Assembly (NCBI GenBank): GCA_004321885.1
Contig: SCQK01000007.1
Span: forward strand, 32,001-96,000
Source of the DNA: Patescibacteria group bacterium
GTDB lineage: Bacteria; Patescibacteriota; Patescibacteriia; Magasanikbacterales; GWA2-37-8
Length of the DNA stretch: 64,000 nt
Direction: 5' to 3'
In this document: positions 9,697 to 20,548 of the stretch, one piece after another
Layout: each line of letters begins with the position of its first letter
Position numbering within the stretch: the stretch's first letter is position 1
Notes under the pieces: generated by a model
What the model was told of the DNA's origin: nothing
Database searches by the model: none
The model's input: only the letters and a program-made list of their open reading frames with translations
Program-made: the position numbers and the translations under genes

Positions 9697-9985
9697 AATG
9701 GTACACCTCCGGATTATTATCTTCACGCAGACTATTCCTTCACCCTTTGCCGACTAAGTCGGCATGAGGGGCTGGCGTATTAGCGGAACTATAAATTCAA
9801 TCACATCCATGAATTCCGCTCTTGGCAAAATGCCTTAGTCGTTACAGGGTCAACCCACGATTTTATTTAAAATCGGGGCGACTTCCCTCGGAGTTCCCAA
9901 ATTCATATGGTATATTTTACCATTTTTACATGAATTTGATAATGAGGTTCTCCGATATGAGCCAGATTTCTCATATCTCTTTTCA
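9697..9985 (-). mobile_element. Insertion 2 in the 16S gene, about 290 bp with no ORF, interrupting the conserved region around position 1070-1100.
   Basis: GGGTTGCGCTCGTT..CCCAACTTAA is followed by about 290 bp of non-rRNA sequence before ATGTTCACGGCACGAGCTGACG resumes. It shares a cgacttccctcgg motif with the other two insertions. Confidence 0.55.
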
Positions 9986-10118
9986 GAGATAGGCCGCGAG
10001 ATGTTCACGGCACGAGCTGACGGCAACCATGCAGCACCTATCTAGCACCCTCGAAGGCGGCGGCCGTTTCCGGCAGCTTGCAGCTAGTAGTTGAGCCCAG
10101 GTAAGGTTCCTCGTTTGT

Positions 10119-10163
<45 letters not shown>

Positions 10164-10290
10164 TATTCCTTTGAGTTTTAACCTTGCGGCCGTACTCCCC
10201 AGGCGGCGCACTTAACGCGTTAGCTTTTTTGAACGGCACTGACAGGGTCGATACTGCCAATACCTAGTGCGCATAGTTTAGGGCGTGGAC

Positions 10291-11320
10291 TACCAGGGTC
10301 ATTTCACTTTACATTTCTGTAAAGATTGGACTATATCATTTTCTGTAAGCTTTCCACTTGCTTTTCTTGAGATTGACATACTCTCGTATTTTTTCCAAAG
10401 AAAAGCCCGTGTTTTTCGCTATTTCAGAAATCCAGCGTTCTTGAAGTTGAACATCGTTATACATCAGAATCACTTTGGGCAAAACTTCTTCAACCTTCGT
10501 ATAAGGCAGAATAATGCGAAGAAGTTTTTTTAGTTCCTCGGTGGAACGCAACCAAATTCTGAAGTATTTTTCTTTTTTTCCATTAACCTTTGTAATGGAT
10601 GCCACTCTGACCTTGATTTTCCAGACTGTTTGAAGATATTTGGCTAAAACTTGCACGGCTTTTTCATCAAAGCCATCGGTGCAGATGACGCCTTTTCTAC
10701 CATTTGAAATGATAGAACCGTCGTCAAACCACCAGATTGCCAGTGATAATGGGCTCATGAAATTTAACCACTTTCTTCGTATTTCCAATCTGTTGTTTTT
10801 ACAGGTCAGATTGTGCATTTCCGTCAATGCTTCCAGGGCCTTGCTTTGATAACGAAGTTTTGCTTGTTTGCTAAACCCGTTATCTTGTTCTTGAAGCCAG
10901 ACCGACTTATCCGAGGATATCTCGGACAGCTGCCTGACCTTCCAGTCAAAGTAGGCTTTCTGAATGACGGAGTGCCTGAAAGAAAATCTGGCGTTTTTGT
11001 ATGGCCGATGGATTTTTAACGACCCGTCGCCCAACAAAGAGCCGAGGATTATTTCTTTCACGCCATTTGACAAAGGCACATTAGAATAATTATTCATAAT
11101 TTATGAATGATAATTAAATGCGCCAACTATCTTTCATCAACTTCATAGTCTCTACGGGGTCGAACCGCATTTGGCGGACGACTTCCCTCGGGATTGTCCA
11201 AACTGATGGTAGTATTTTTTTGTTTGGAGTTTCCCCGATATAGCTGAATGCTCATCTCAACATTGCTGTTGAGAGGGACACCGTTTATGCCGACTTGTTC
11301 CGCCTTAGGCGAACAAGCGA
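10291..11320 (-). mobile_element. Insertion 3 in the 16S gene (around position 790-800), with a LAGLIDADG ORF.
   Basis: The exon breaks after GGACTACCAGGGT and resumes at ATCTAATCCTGTTCGCTCCCCACGC, 11322 onward. Confidence 0.7.
10336..11097 (-). CDS. LAGLIDADG homing endonuclease, intron-encoded.
   Basis: Motifs ILGSLLGDGSL and LAIWWFDDGS. Confidence 0.75.
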   Translation of the reverse strand: MNNYSNVPLSNGVKEIILGSLLGDGSLKIHRPYKNARFSFRHSVIQKAYFDWKVRQLSEISSDKSVWLQEQDNGFSKQAKLRYQSKALEALTEMHNLTCKNNRLEIRRKWLNFMSPLSLAIWWFDDGSIISNGRKGVICTDGFDEKAVQVLAKYLQTVWKIKVRVASITKVNGKKEKYFRIWLRSTEELKKLLRIILPYTKVEEVLPKVILMYNDVQLQERWISEIAKNTGFSLEKIREYVNLKKSKWKAYRK

Positions 11321-12493
11321 CAAAGGATCTATCTAATCCTGTTCGCTCCCCACGCTTTCGTCCATGAGTGTCAGAAACGTACCAGCAAGCTGCCTTCGCC
11401 TTTGGTGTTCTTGCGGATATCAACGCTTATTACGACTACACCCGCAATTCCGCTTGCCTCTTCCGTCCTCAAGTTTGGTAGTTTCAAAGGCAATCTTAGA
11501 GTTAAGCTCTAAGTTTTGACCCCTGACCCGCCAAACCACCTGCGGACGCTTTACGCCCAATAAATCCGGATAACGCTTGAGGTCTCTGTATTACCGCTAC
11601 TGCTGGCACAGAGTTAGTAACCTCTTATTCACGAAGTACCGTCACGAATTCTTCCCTCGTAAAAGCGGTTTACGACCCGAAGGCCTTCATCCCGCACGCG
11701 GCGTCGCTCCATCAGGCTTTCGCCCATTGTGGAATATTCTCGACTGCAGCCTCCCGTAGGAGTCTGGGCAGTGTCTCAGTCCCAGTGAGGCAGGTCACGC
11801 TCTCACGCCTGCTACTGATCATCGCCTTGGTGAGCCATTACCTCACCAACTAGCTAATCAGACATAGGCCCCTCTCCAAGCAGCTTGCGCTTTTAAATGC
11901 GAATGACTTTTGTCCCCGCATTGCCATCGGGTTTTAATTCGCCTTTCGGCGAGCTATCCCCGTCTCGGAGGTAGGTTACCAATGTGTTACTCACCCGTTT
12001 GCCGCTCGTAATTCCCTTGCGGGAACACGTCGCTCGACTTGCATGCCTTAAACACGCCGCCAGCGTTCATCCTGAGCTAGGATCAAACTCTTAAAAAGAG
12101 TTGATCTCGTTCTACCCGACTTCGCCAAAGCTACATCGGGTAAGATGAACGAGTTAATATATACGGATTTATTTATTTATACTCGGTCGCCTCTTCGGCA
12201 GCCGAGTTTCGAATAGACTTTATTTTGTGGTTTTTGTCACGTTTGTGTTGTCAATGAACTTCTTACCCTGTTCGCAGAGTAAGAAAAAAGAGTAATCAAA
12301 TCTTGATTCCTCTTTTCTCTTACCAGTATCCACCGAAGGCGGACTTAGAAGACAAGCTGAATTGTCGGAGGTGCTTTTGCTGAAGGATTTATATTAAATC
12401 TTAGCTTTCGCATTTTATCATATACCAAAATTTTGTCAAGGGGGTGGGTGTGGGCAGAATGTGGATAAAAAAACAATAAAAACCTGCTCTGTA

Positions 12494-12522
12494 TTGACAT
12501 CTGCGCTATTTTGATGTATGTT
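12494..12522 (+). promoter_or_regulatory. Sigma70-like promoter (TTGACA, 17 bp spacer, TATGTT), likely for the NUDIX gene.
   Basis: ttgacatctgcgctattttgatgtatgtt. Confidence 0.4.
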
Positions 12523-12591
12523 TATCGGTCCGCTAAAGTGGCCCACGATTAGCCGCTTGAGCGGCCCAAAACACACAAACAGGAGAACTTC

Positions 12592-13291
12592 TTTGAAAAC
12601 TGCATACGGCTACCCAATCGTAACCACCCGCAACATTCACCTGATTCTCAAGAAGCTTGGCATCAAACCGTGGGAAAAAACGGCCCCGGACACGACACTG
12701 GAAGAATACGCGAAGCGCGATCTGAACGATAAGCAGAGGGCGGAACTGCGCTTCGCGCCAAAACCAGACGTGGTTCGGTTCTACAAGAACCCCGCGACCG
12801 AGGAGCCCTTCACTGGCTTCTGCAATGTGGGGGATCCGTGGCTCACGGTCTTCGCGCTGGTGCCGTGGGACCCCGAGCCGTTGGTCGTCGTCACCGTGGA
12901 GTTCAAGCACGGCTTCGGGAAGGTCGTGCTGGTACCGCCCAGCGGAAACATCTCCCAGAAGGATCGCGGTTCATGGCCTCGCGCGGCCAAACGTGAGTTT
13001 GAGGAAGAGACCGGCTTCAAGCTGGCGCGGATTATCGCCCTCGCAAGTGGTAAGGAACAGGGAGCGAGCGTCCGCCAGTACACCGCGGGAATCTACTCCT
13101 TCCTGGGAATCCTAAAAGACCCGGTGGAGCGCCGGCCATCGCGGCTGGACGACAACGAACTGCTCAAGGTCGTCCTGGTACCCTTGTCGGATTGGCTAGA
13201 TATCATCGACAGAGGGGACACCTACGACATCGCGGCCGTCGTCCCCACCCACCTCGGCGTGCGCAAGCTCCAAAAACTCCGCATGCTATAG
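12592..13291 (+). CDS. NUDIX hydrolase, high-GC and probably horizontally acquired. The ORF opens at 12518, but a TTG start at 12592 preceded by AGGAG is more likely.
   Basis: Nudix box ..REFEEETGF... GC content is much higher than the genomic background. Confidence 0.55.
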
Positions 13292-13368
13292 TAACGCCGC
13301 GCCACTCCCCATACTCCTATGTGTGCTGTCCCCCCGCCGCAAGCGATTCCTCGCCCGGCGGATTTTTT

Positions 13369-14064
13369 TTAAGAAGAATGTCTCTTTCGCCACTCGGCGA
13401 TTTTTTTATGAGCGCCGGAGAGAAGAATTTTCGGCACTTTCCAGCCGTTGAAATCTTCGGGTCTGGTGTACTGCGGGTATTCAATCACTCCTTTAACAAA
13501 AGTTTCTTCCTTGAGAGAATCTTTGTTCCCCAAAACTCCCGGCGTCAAACGCGCGGTCGCTTCCACCACTGCCAGCGCGGCCAACTCGCCGCCGGCCAAA
13601 ACATAGTCCCCCACGGAAATTTTTTCGTCCGCGAGTTTATAGACGCGTTCGTCAAATCCCTCGTAGCGCCCACAAATCAAAATCAGGCGGTCAAGTTTGG
13701 AAAATTTCTCGGCCATCCGCTGGTCAAATTTTTTTCCTGCTGGATCTAAAACGATAATCCGCGTGTCATTGCGAGGAGCGGAGCGACGCGGCAATCCCAT
13801 GGGTTTGCTTCGGCCTTTCAGGCCTCGCAATGACAATGCGCCAATCGCTTTCAGACAATCAAAAATCGGCTGAACCTGTAAAACCATTCCCGCGCCGCCG
13901 CCATAGGGAGAATCGTCCACGTGGCCGTGCTTATCCAAAGTATGGTCGCGAAAATTACGCGCCCGCACCGAAATCGCGCCCGCTTTTTGCGCCCGCCCTA
14001 AAATACTCCGCGAGCAGTAGTCGTTTATTATTTCCGGAAAAATTGTGAGCACGTCAAATTTCAT
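13369..14064 (-). CDS. trmD: tRNA (guanine37-N1)-methyltransferase.
   Basis: MKFDVLTIFPE..YGGGAGMV..LICGRYEGFDERV is the characteristic TrmD signature. It lies downstream of rpsP and the KH gene. Confidence 0.85.
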   Translation of the reverse strand: MKFDVLTIFPEIINDYCSRSILGRAQKAGAISVRARNFRDHTLDKHGHVDDSPYGGGAGMVLQVQPIFDCLKAIGALSLRGLKGRSKPMGLPRRSAPRNDTRIIVLDPAGKKFDQRMAEKFSKLDRLILICGRYEGFDERVYKLADEKISVGDYVLAGGELAALAVVEATARLTPGVLGNKDSLKEETFVKGVIEYPQYTRPEDFNGWKVPKILLSGAHKKIAEWRKRHSS

Positions 14065-14122
14065 ATCTTTCTAACAAAACCGGCCGCCTGAGGCGACCGG
14101 TCTAAATGTCTATTGCTTCAGC

Positions 14123-14437
14123 TTAGATGTTCAAGCTGTCCACAGAGCTGGTGTCCACCGTTTGAGAAACGGGGTTGCGCGACATGCGGCCGCCTTCCGG
14201 TTCGTTGATTTTCAAGTTCACGCGGGCGTTGTTCTTGGCCCCCACGATCTTGAGCAACGTGCGGATGGAACGAGCCGTCTGTCCTTGGCGTCCGATCACG
14301 TATCCCATATCGGCTTGGTTGATGTCCAGAGTTATCAGGACTCCCCGTTCGTCTATGGTTCTCGTGGTCTTGACGTCACCAGGATTGTTGACTATCGCTT
14401 TCACGATTGTCTCCACAAACTGTTGGTCGGTTTCCAT
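14123..14437 (-). CDS. KH-domain RNA-binding protein (YlqC/KhpA-like).
   Basis: VIGRQGQTARSIRTLL carries the GxxG KH motif. It occupies the conserved position between rpsP and trmD. Confidence 0.7.
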   Translation of the reverse strand: METDQQFVETIVKAIVNNPGDVKTTRTIDERGVLITLDINQADMGYVIGRQGQTARSIRTLLKIVGAKNNARVNLKINEPEGGRMSRNPVSQTVDTSSVDSLNI

Positions 14438-14553
14438 AGTGTATCGGTATATCTTTATAATTCGCAGCCTGTCGACATGTGGTCGCCTTAGGCGGCCACC
14501 AGTGCTACTGTATAAAATATTAACACAAAAATTCTTTATCAGTCAATCTTGGT

Positions 14554-14922
14554 TTAAGCGGCCGGCTCGCCCGCCGGAGCTTCAGCGGAGGCGGGAGCGG
14601 CTTTTGGTTCGTTGGCCTTTTTCTTTTCCGCCAATTTGGCCGCACGCTTCTTGGAAATATACACGGCTTTTTTCTTCGGAGCGGCTGTGATTATCCCCTT
14701 GCTCAAAAATAAATTATGCACGGTGTCCGAGGTCTGCGCGCCCTGGCCGAGCCAGTATTTTATCCTGTCGGCTTTGACGACAAAACCATCCTCTTTGTGC
14801 GGATTAAAGTCGCCCAAATTCTCCAAAATTCTGCCCTGCGTGTCGCGGGCCTTTTCGGAAATTATCAGGCGGTATGTCGCGAAGTTTTTCTTTCCCACTC
14901 GTTGTAAACGGATTGTTAACAT
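14554..14922 (-). CDS. rpsP: 30S ribosomal protein S16, with a lysine/alanine-rich C-terminal extension.
   Basis: MLTIRLQRVGKKNFATYRLII is a bS16 N-terminus. Confidence 0.85.
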   Translation of the reverse strand: MLTIRLQRVGKKNFATYRLIISEKARDTQGRILENLGDFNPHKEDGFVVKADRIKYWLGQGAQTSDTVHNLFLSKGIITAAPKKKAVYISKKRAAKLAEKKKANEPKAAPASAEAPAGEPAA

Positions 14923-14930
14923 AAATAAAG

Positions 14931-14962
14931 ATATGGATTCCGGCTCTGCGGCCGGAATGACA
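14931..14962. repeat. GGAATGACA-family hairpin (intergenic).
   Basis: ggattccggctctgcggccggaatgacag. Confidence 0.6.
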
Positions 14963-15016
14963 GACGGAATTTGAGAGCGTGACTATCTTATTACAAAGCC
15001 GCTTGTTTGTCAACTT

Positions 15017-15062
15017 ACCCCTCCCTTACCCTCCCCTTATCAAGGGGAGGGGGCGGGAGGGG
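15017..15062. repeat. GGGGAGGG-family palindromic element overlapping the 3' end of smc.
   Basis: cccctcccttaccctccccttatcaaggggagggggcgggagggg. It supplies the terminal codons ..DTPPAPSP of SMC. Confidence 0.7.
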
Positions 15063-18000
15063 TATCGTATTGCTCGGCTTCTTCCATTTTCACGCTAAGC
15101 AGTTTGGAAACGCCGTCGCTGCCCATCACCACGCCGTAAAGCGCGTCGGCCGCGTGCATGGTCACGCGGTTGTGAGTGATGATAATAAACTGCGACTGCG
15201 ACGACAGTTCAGCCATAATCTGCGCGAAACGGCGAGTGTTGGTTTCGTCCAAAGCCGCCTCCACTTCGTCCAGTACCACAAATGGCGCCGGATTGAAATT
15301 GAGCACCGCGCAAATGAGGGCGATGGAGGCCAGGGTGCGTTCGCCGCCCGACAAAGCGTTGATATTGCGGATTTTTTTACCAGGTGGATTAATCGTGATA
15401 TCTATACCAGTAAGAACTTTTTTCACGCTGGATTCCTGCTCCCTGTTCGGAGCCAGGGACAAGTTTCGCGGGAATGACAATGTTGGGTCGGACTCAACTT
15501 GCCCTACTTCAACTACGTCTGCATTATTTTCTTCCTCGCCATACACTTCTTTCATATCAGCGCTGCCTCCTCCGAACAAGAGCTTCACGTAACGCTCAAA
15601 TTCTTTTCTTATTTTCTTAAACGCGGCGGCGCGTTTCTTTTTCATGATGTCGTCCAGTTCCTCTATCATTTTTTCCAAATCTTCAATAGCCGCGCGCAAA
15701 TCAGTAATCTGGCCGTCCAAAAAGTCAAACTTTTCCTTGGTGTCGGCGTGCTCTTTCACCACTTCCTCATCTATGCCGCCTATCAAACTTAATTGGTATT
15801 TTAATTTTTGTATCTCGGCCAGCGCCTCACCCATTTTTTCCGGCTCAATCTCTGGCGGACGGCGCTCAATCAACGCCTCCACCGACGCGTTCATTTCGGC
15901 GCGCGCCTCGGCAACAATGGCATCCTGGCGCGTGTCCAGTTTGGCCTGTTCTATTTTCAAATCATTACGGGTTGTCAAAATACCGTTAAGGGTATTCTGC
16001 TTTTTTTGCATTTCTTCCTGCAAAGAAAAGACGCGTTGTTTTTTCTCTTCTTCGCTCGCGTTAAATTTAGAAATTTTTTCCGCCAATTTGTCTATCTCAT
16101 CCTGTTTGGCGCTGATTTGCTTATCCAAAGCGGATTTTTCCAGAGACAATCCGGAAACAATCTCGCCATATTCTTTCGGGTCGGCTTCTTGCAGGGCCAA
16201 TTCTTGTTCCAAGCCCGCGATTTCCGCCTCCGCGGCGTTGGTTTCCGCGGCCAAAAGAGCGGCGCGGCCGTCGGCCGCGTCTTTTTTTGTCTGCGATTTG
16301 AGCGCCTCGGCCCGTTCGCTTTCTAGCCGCGTTTCCAGCTCAACCATTTTTTCTTTGGCCATTTTTATTTCCAATTGATATTCCGCGAATCTGTCCGGCC
16401 CCATGTAAAACTTGCGCGAAAAACCCAGCCCGGCCCTTTTCTGCTGGCGCCAGCCGCCCTTCATCACGCCGCTTTTTTCCACCAAATCGCCATCCAAAGT
16501 CGCCATACGCGCCCGGCCCACGCCCACGTGGTTGGCCGTTGCCAAATCATTCACAATAATGGTCTGTCCGAAAACAAAAGAAAAAATTTCGGCGAATTTC
16601 GCTTCGTATCTCACCAATTCGCTGGCCAGTCCCAAAACGCCGGCTTCTCGCAAAATCTTATCATCCGGCGGCGCTTCCCTGCCGGATATTTTTGTCAAAG
16701 GCAAAAAAGTGGCCACGCCCAGCCGGTTGGCGCGCAAAAATTCTATGGCCTGGCGCGCGGTCTCTTCGTCTTCCACTACAATGGCCGAGAGATACGAACC
16801 CGCGGCCACCTCCAAAGCCGGACGGTATTTTTCCTCGGCGCCGCCCAATTCAGAAATTAGCCCGTACACCTTGCCGAATTTATTTTTATTTTCCAAAACC
16901 GCCTGCACAGCCAAGAGGCCGGTGAACTGCCGGTAGTGTTTTTCCGACTGGTCGTCCAGCGCTTGTTTTTCCAGCCGCGTCACTTCCATCTGGGTATCCG
17001 CGCGCTCTTGCGCCAGCGCGTCCAGTTGTTTTTGTTTTTGCAAAAGCGCCCGCAGGGCCGCGGCCGACTCGCCGCGAATGGCGGCCAAGTCCTTGGTCAA
17101 AAAATCTTTTTTCAATTTCAGTTCGGCCAGCTTGTTCCGCAACCAACCCACGTTCTGCTTGCCAGCCAGGTTGTATTGCGCCTGCATCTGGCCTTCCTTG
17201 ATGGCGCGCTGGCGCTCCAAATCATTTTTTTCTTTGAGAACCATTTCGTAGCCGGATTGCAATTCGCCAAAAACTTCCTGACGTGATTTGGTGTGCGCCA
17301 AAGACGCCAGTTCGGTTTGCGCTGTTTCCAATTCACCAAAAGCCCGGCGGTATTCGCTTTCAACCCCGACCAACGAAGCGGCCAGCCGGTCAAGTTCTTT
17401 TTTATTCGCCAGATAAGCCGAGCTGTAATACCGTTCCTGCCACTCGCGCAAAGAGCGCTCCACTTCCTGCCTCTTCTCCAGTTTCTTCACCTGTCTGGAC
17501 AAAATTTTCAAGCGCGGCTCCACCTCTTGCATCAAGCGCCCGGCCTGTTCTATGTTCTCGCGCGTGCGCGCCAATTTAAGTTCGGCCTGGTGCTGTTTGA
17601 TTTGAAATTCTTTTATGCCCGAGGCTTCGTCCAAAAAATCCTTGCGCTCGGCCGGCCCCACGGTAAGCAAGCGGTCTATCATCCCCTGGCCGATGATGCT
17701 GTAAGAATGCTGGGCGAACTGGGCTTTGGCCAAAAGCAAATGCACGTCCAGCAAGCGCGCGGGGCGGTTGTTTATCAGATACTCGCCCTCGCCCGAACGA
17801 AACATCCGGCGCGTGATGGCGATTTCCGGATACTCGGACAATACTTTGCCGTCGCTGTTATCCAAAACCATGGTAACCTCGGCCGCGGATAACTGGCCTT
17901 TGGCTTCCGAACCGCCGAAAATTATGTCTTCATTTTTTTTGCCGCGCAAATTTTTCAAACTCTGTTCGCCCATCACCCAGCGCAAGGCGTCGGAGACATT

Positions 18001-18150
18001 GGACTTGCCGGCGCCGTTGGGGCCCACGATAGCTGTAACGTTGTTTCGCGCAGGCTCCCCAAAAGTGGCGCCAGTGGGCGCCATAAATTCAAAAACAGCC
18101 TTGTCGGCGAAAGACTTAAAACCTTTAATTTCCAGACGTTTCAGATACAT
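15040..18150 (-). CDS. smc: Chromosome segregation protein SMC.
   Basis: N-terminal MYLKRLEIKGFKSF with Walker A GPNGAGKSN, long coiled coils and a hinge. C-terminal LSGGERTLASIAL..VLDEVEAALD signature and Walker B. Confidence 0.9.
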   Translation of the reverse strand: MYLKRLEIKGFKSFADKAVFEFMAPTGATFGEPARNNVTAIVGPNGAGKSNVSDALRWVMGEQSLKNLRGKKNEDIIFGGSEAKGQLSAAEVTMVLDNSDGKVLSEYPEIAITRRMFRSGEGEYLINNRPARLLDVHLLLAKAQFAQHSYSIIGQGMIDRLLTVGPAERKDFLDEASGIKEFQIKQHQAELKLARTRENIEQAGRLMQEVEPRLKILSRQVKKLEKRQEVERSLREWQERYYSSAYLANKKELDRLAASLVGVESEYRRAFGELETAQTELASLAHTKSRQEVFGELQSGYEMVLKEKNDLERQRAIKEGQMQAQYNLAGKQNVGWLRNKLAELKLKKDFLTKDLAAIRGESAAALRALLQKQKQLDALAQERADTQMEVTRLEKQALDDQSEKHYRQFTGLLAVQAVLENKNKFGKVYGLISELGGAEEKYRPALEVAAGSYLSAIVVEDEETARQAIEFLRANRLGVATFLPLTKISGREAPPDDKILREAGVLGLASELVRYEAKFAEIFSFVFGQTIIVNDLATANHVGVGRARMATLDGDLVEKSGVMKGGWRQQKRAGLGFSRKFYMGPDRFAEYQLEIKMAKEKMVELETRLESERAEALKSQTKKDAADGRAALLAAETNAAEAEIAGLEQELALQEADPKEYGEIVSGLSLEKSALDKQISAKQDEIDKLAEKISKFNASEEEKKQRVFSLQEEMQKKQNTLNGILTTRNDLKIEQAKLDTRQDAIVAEARAEMNASVEALIERRPPEIEPEKMGEALAEIQKLKYQLSLIGGIDEEVVKEHADTKEKFDFLDGQITDLRAAIEDLEKMIEELDDIMKKKRAAAFKKIRKEFERYVKLLFGGGSADMKEVYGEEENNADVVEVGQVESDPTLSFPRNLSLAPNREQESSVKKVLTGIDITINPPGKKIRNINALSGGERTLASIALICAVLNFNPAPFVVLDEVEAALDETNTRRFAQIMAELSSQSQFIIITHNRVTMHAADALYGVVMGSDGVSKLLSVKMEEAEQYDTPPAPSP

Positions 18151-18297
18151 AACGCGTTTTATTATACCATAAATGCTTGCTGATAAAAAGGTCTTGTGAT
18201 ATAATATAAACAATGTTTTGCCATACAAAACACTATATCTCTAACTTAATTTTATATGAGAGGTCGTGAATCCGACGGTTTGCCAGGAGAAGAAACA

Positions 18298-18660
18298 ATG
18301 ATAACCAAAAAAGGTGATGACAAAAAGAATCCTTGGAAAAAACCACTAATCGCGGCGGGGATAGCGGCGGCAGGAGCAGCAGGAGCAATTGGCGGAGCGG
18401 AACTACATCGACATAGAGTAGATGCTGCCCATCAGCAAGGATTTCAGGAAGGAATTAAAGCAGGAATAAAACAAGAAAGGGAAGTAGTCGAAAAATCCAA
18501 GCAAGAGGCGGATTTGAAAGCGCTGAAAGAAGCTAACGTTGAAGTACCCTCTACGCGGCCAACTCAAGAAGCCGCCCTTAAAGTTCCTAAAAAAATCAAA
18601 CCCCGCCGCGCAACACCGCGGCCTGATGATGGATACGGTCCCCGCAAGGGTGGCTTGTAA
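18298..18660 (+). CDS. Small membrane-anchored protein of unknown function. An AGGAGA RBS precedes the ATG at 18298.
   Basis: A TM segment LIAAGIAAAGAAGAIGG followed by a charged coiled region. Confidence 0.45.
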   Translation: MITKKGDDKKNPWKKPLIAAGIAAAGAAGAIGGAELHRHRVDAAHQQGFQEGIKAGIKQEREVVEKSKQEADLKALKEANVEVPSTRPTQEAALKVPKKIKPRRATPRPDDGYGPRKGGL

Positions 18661-18671
18661 ACAATCGTTCA

Positions 18672-18712
18672 AAAGACAGCCACAAGCAACTGTGGCTGTC
18701 TTTTATTAACTA
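18672..18712 (+). terminator. Rho-independent terminator.
   Basis: gacagccacaagcaactgtggctgtc stem followed by ttttatt. Confidence 0.6.
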
Positions 18713-18770
18713 AATCACCCTTGACATCCCGCGCCAAGCGTAATATAATGAAAAATTCTGATTGACTTTA

Positions 18771-18804
18771 CCCCCTCTTAATCTCCCCCTTATCAAGGGG
18801 GAGA
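18771..18804. repeat. GGGGAGGG-family palindromic element (intergenic, upstream of the DHH gene).
   Basis: ccccctcttaatctcccccttatcaagggggag. Confidence 0.6.
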
Positions 18805-18817
18805 CAAACGACAAACT

Positions 18818-19807
18818 ATGCAGGCGAAATTTCAAGAACTAAACAATCTACTCCTTAAAGCTGAAAACATAGTTATCGCCATTCACCAAAATCCGGACGG
18901 CGATGCTTTGGGTTCGGCCGCGGCCCTGGCCGAGTATCTCTCTGACAAAGGAAAAAATTTCTCCATATATTGCGCCACCGCGCACCCGGAAAATTTCAAA
19001 TTTTTATCCCACGTCAATGCCATTACCGCGGAGGCCGCGGTTTTAAGCTTGGCTAATTTAATCGTGGTAATGGACTCAGGCGATTTGCGCTACGCCGGTC
19101 TGGATTCCCGCGATGGATTCCGGCTCCTGGGCCGGAATGACAGAAAGGGAGGGGGGAATGACAATCCAAAAATCATTAACATTGACCACCACATCAGCAA
19201 CGAGCAATTCGGATTTTTGAATATCACGGACAGCCAGGCCTCGGCCACGGCGCAGATAGTTTATGATTTTTTTCGCAGTGAGCGCGTGGCGATTTCACCG
19301 GCCATGGCCACGGCGCTACTCACCGGCCTGGTTTGCGATACGGACAACTTTACCAACGGCGGCACCACGCCCGCGTCTCTGGAAGCCGCCGGCCACCTCT
19401 TGCGCTCGGGGGCCAATCTGCCGCTGGTGCACAGATGGGTGATAAAAAATTCCTCGCTCAATCTGCTCAAACTCTGGGGCATTGTGCTGGAGCGGCTGGA
19501 AAAAATTGAGGAAAAAAATCTGGCCTACACCTATATCACCAACGAAGATTACTTGCGCTATGGCATCACCGAGCTAGGGGCCGAAGGCATTGCCAATTTG
19601 CTGAACAAGCTGGGCGGGGTGCAAATCTCCCTGCTTATCCGCGAAACCATGGACGGCAAAATCAAAGGCAGTTTTAGAACCACCTCGGACAATACCGACG
19701 TTTCGGCGCTGGCCAAAAAACTGGGCGGCGGCGGGCATGCCAAGGCGGCCGGTTTTACGACTGAAGGCACCATAGAAGACGTGCTCAACAAAATTTTGAC
19801 GATGTGA
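18818..19807 (+). CDS. nrnA: DHH-family phosphoesterase (NrnA-like oligoribonuclease / pAp phosphatase). It has an in-frame hairpin-repeat insertion (..RDGFRLLGRNDRKGGGND..).
   Basis: NPDGDALGS, DHH and GGGH motifs. The repeat ggattccggctcctgggccggaatgacag at 19116-19144 lies inside the CDS. Confidence 0.75.
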   Translation: MQAKFQELNNLLLKAENIVIAIHQNPDGDALGSAAALAEYLSDKGKNFSIYCATAHPENFKFLSHVNAITAEAAVLSLANLIVVMDSGDLRYAGLDSRDGFRLLGRNDRKGGGNDNPKIINIDHHISNEQFGFLNITDSQASATAQIVYDFFRSERVAISPAMATALLTGLVCDTDNFTNGGTTPASLEAAGHLLRSGANLPLVHRWVIKNSSLNLLKLWGIVLERLEKIEEKNLAYTYITNEDYLRYGITELGAEGIANLLNKLGGVQISLLIRETMDGKIKGSFRTTSDNTDVSALAKKLGGGGHAKAAGFTTEGTIEDVLNKILTM

Positions 19808-19868
19808 TAAAAATCTGCTAAACTAAACTAACGGATTCCCCCGACTAAGTCGGGAGAATGACAATTAT

Positions 19869-20459
19869 ATGGAACCAAAATCCCAATATCTTATCCCCAC
19901 GGTCATAGAAAAAACCCACTACGGCGAGCGGGCCTACGACATCTATTCGCGGCTCTTGCAAGACCGCATTGTTTTTTTGGGCACGCCCATAGACGACGGC
20001 GTGGCCAACACGGTCATTGCCCAGCTCTTGTTTTTGGACAATCAAAGCCCGGAAAAAGACATCAAGCTCTATATCAATTCCCCGGGCGGCTCGGTGACCG
20101 CCGGCATGGCCATCTACGATACGATTCGCTATATCAAAGCCGAGGTTTCCACCATTTGCATTGGCCTGGCCGCCAGCATGGCCTCGGTGATTTTGGCCGC
20201 CGGCGACAAAGGCAAGCGCTTTGCCCTGCCCAACGCCGAAATTATGATGCACCAGGTAATGGGCGGCATGGAAGGCCAGGCCAGCGACATCAAAATCCGT
20301 TCCGAGCGCATTTTGCGCATCAAGGACCGGCTAAACCAAATTTTGGCCAGCCACACCGGCAAAACCATACAGCAAATTGAAAAAGATACGGACCGCGACT
20401 ACTTTATGACGGCCCAAGAGGCCTTAAACTACGGCTTGATTGATAAGGTGATTGAATAG
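19869..20459 (+). CDS. clpP: ATP-dependent Clp protease proteolytic subunit.
   Basis: The catalytic Ser lies in [10 protein letters not shown] and the His in MMHQ. N-terminus [17 protein letters not shown]. Confidence 0.9.
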   Translation: MEPKSQYLIPTVIEKTHYGERAYDIYSRLLQDRIVFLGTPIDDGVANTVIAQLLFLDNQSPEKDIKLYINSPGGSVTAGMAIYDTIRYIKAEVSTICIGLAASMASVILAAGDKGKRFALPNAEIMMHQVMGGMEGQASDIKIRSERILRIKDRLNQILASHTGKTIQQIEKDTDRDYFMTAQEALNYGLIDKVIE

Positions 20460-20512
20460 AAACGAATTTTTAGCTAAAATTAGCAAAATTTAAGCATTTC
20501 TGCCCTGCCCCC

Positions 20513-20541
20513 TTGACAAAAATAGCCATTTGTGCTATACT
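20513..20541 (+). promoter_or_regulatory. Near-consensus sigma70 promoter (TTGACA, 17 bp spacer, extended -10 TG with TATACT).
   Basis: ttgacaaaaatagccatttgtgctatact. Confidence 0.6.
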
Positions 20542-20548
20542 GTTTTGT

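Noticed and set aside
14070-14110. A hairpin between the KH-protein gene and trmD that could be a terminator.
   Set aside because: It lies inside a conserved co-transcribed cluster (rpsP-KH-trmD) and lacks a clear U-tract on the coding strand. It is more likely a weak attenuator or a coincidence.
15176-17892. Several long plus-strand ORFs (138-244 aa), antisense to smc.
   Set aside because: They are shadow frames inside a well-supported 1037 aa SMC gene. They are low-complexity and Ser/Ala/Arg-rich, with no domain signatures.
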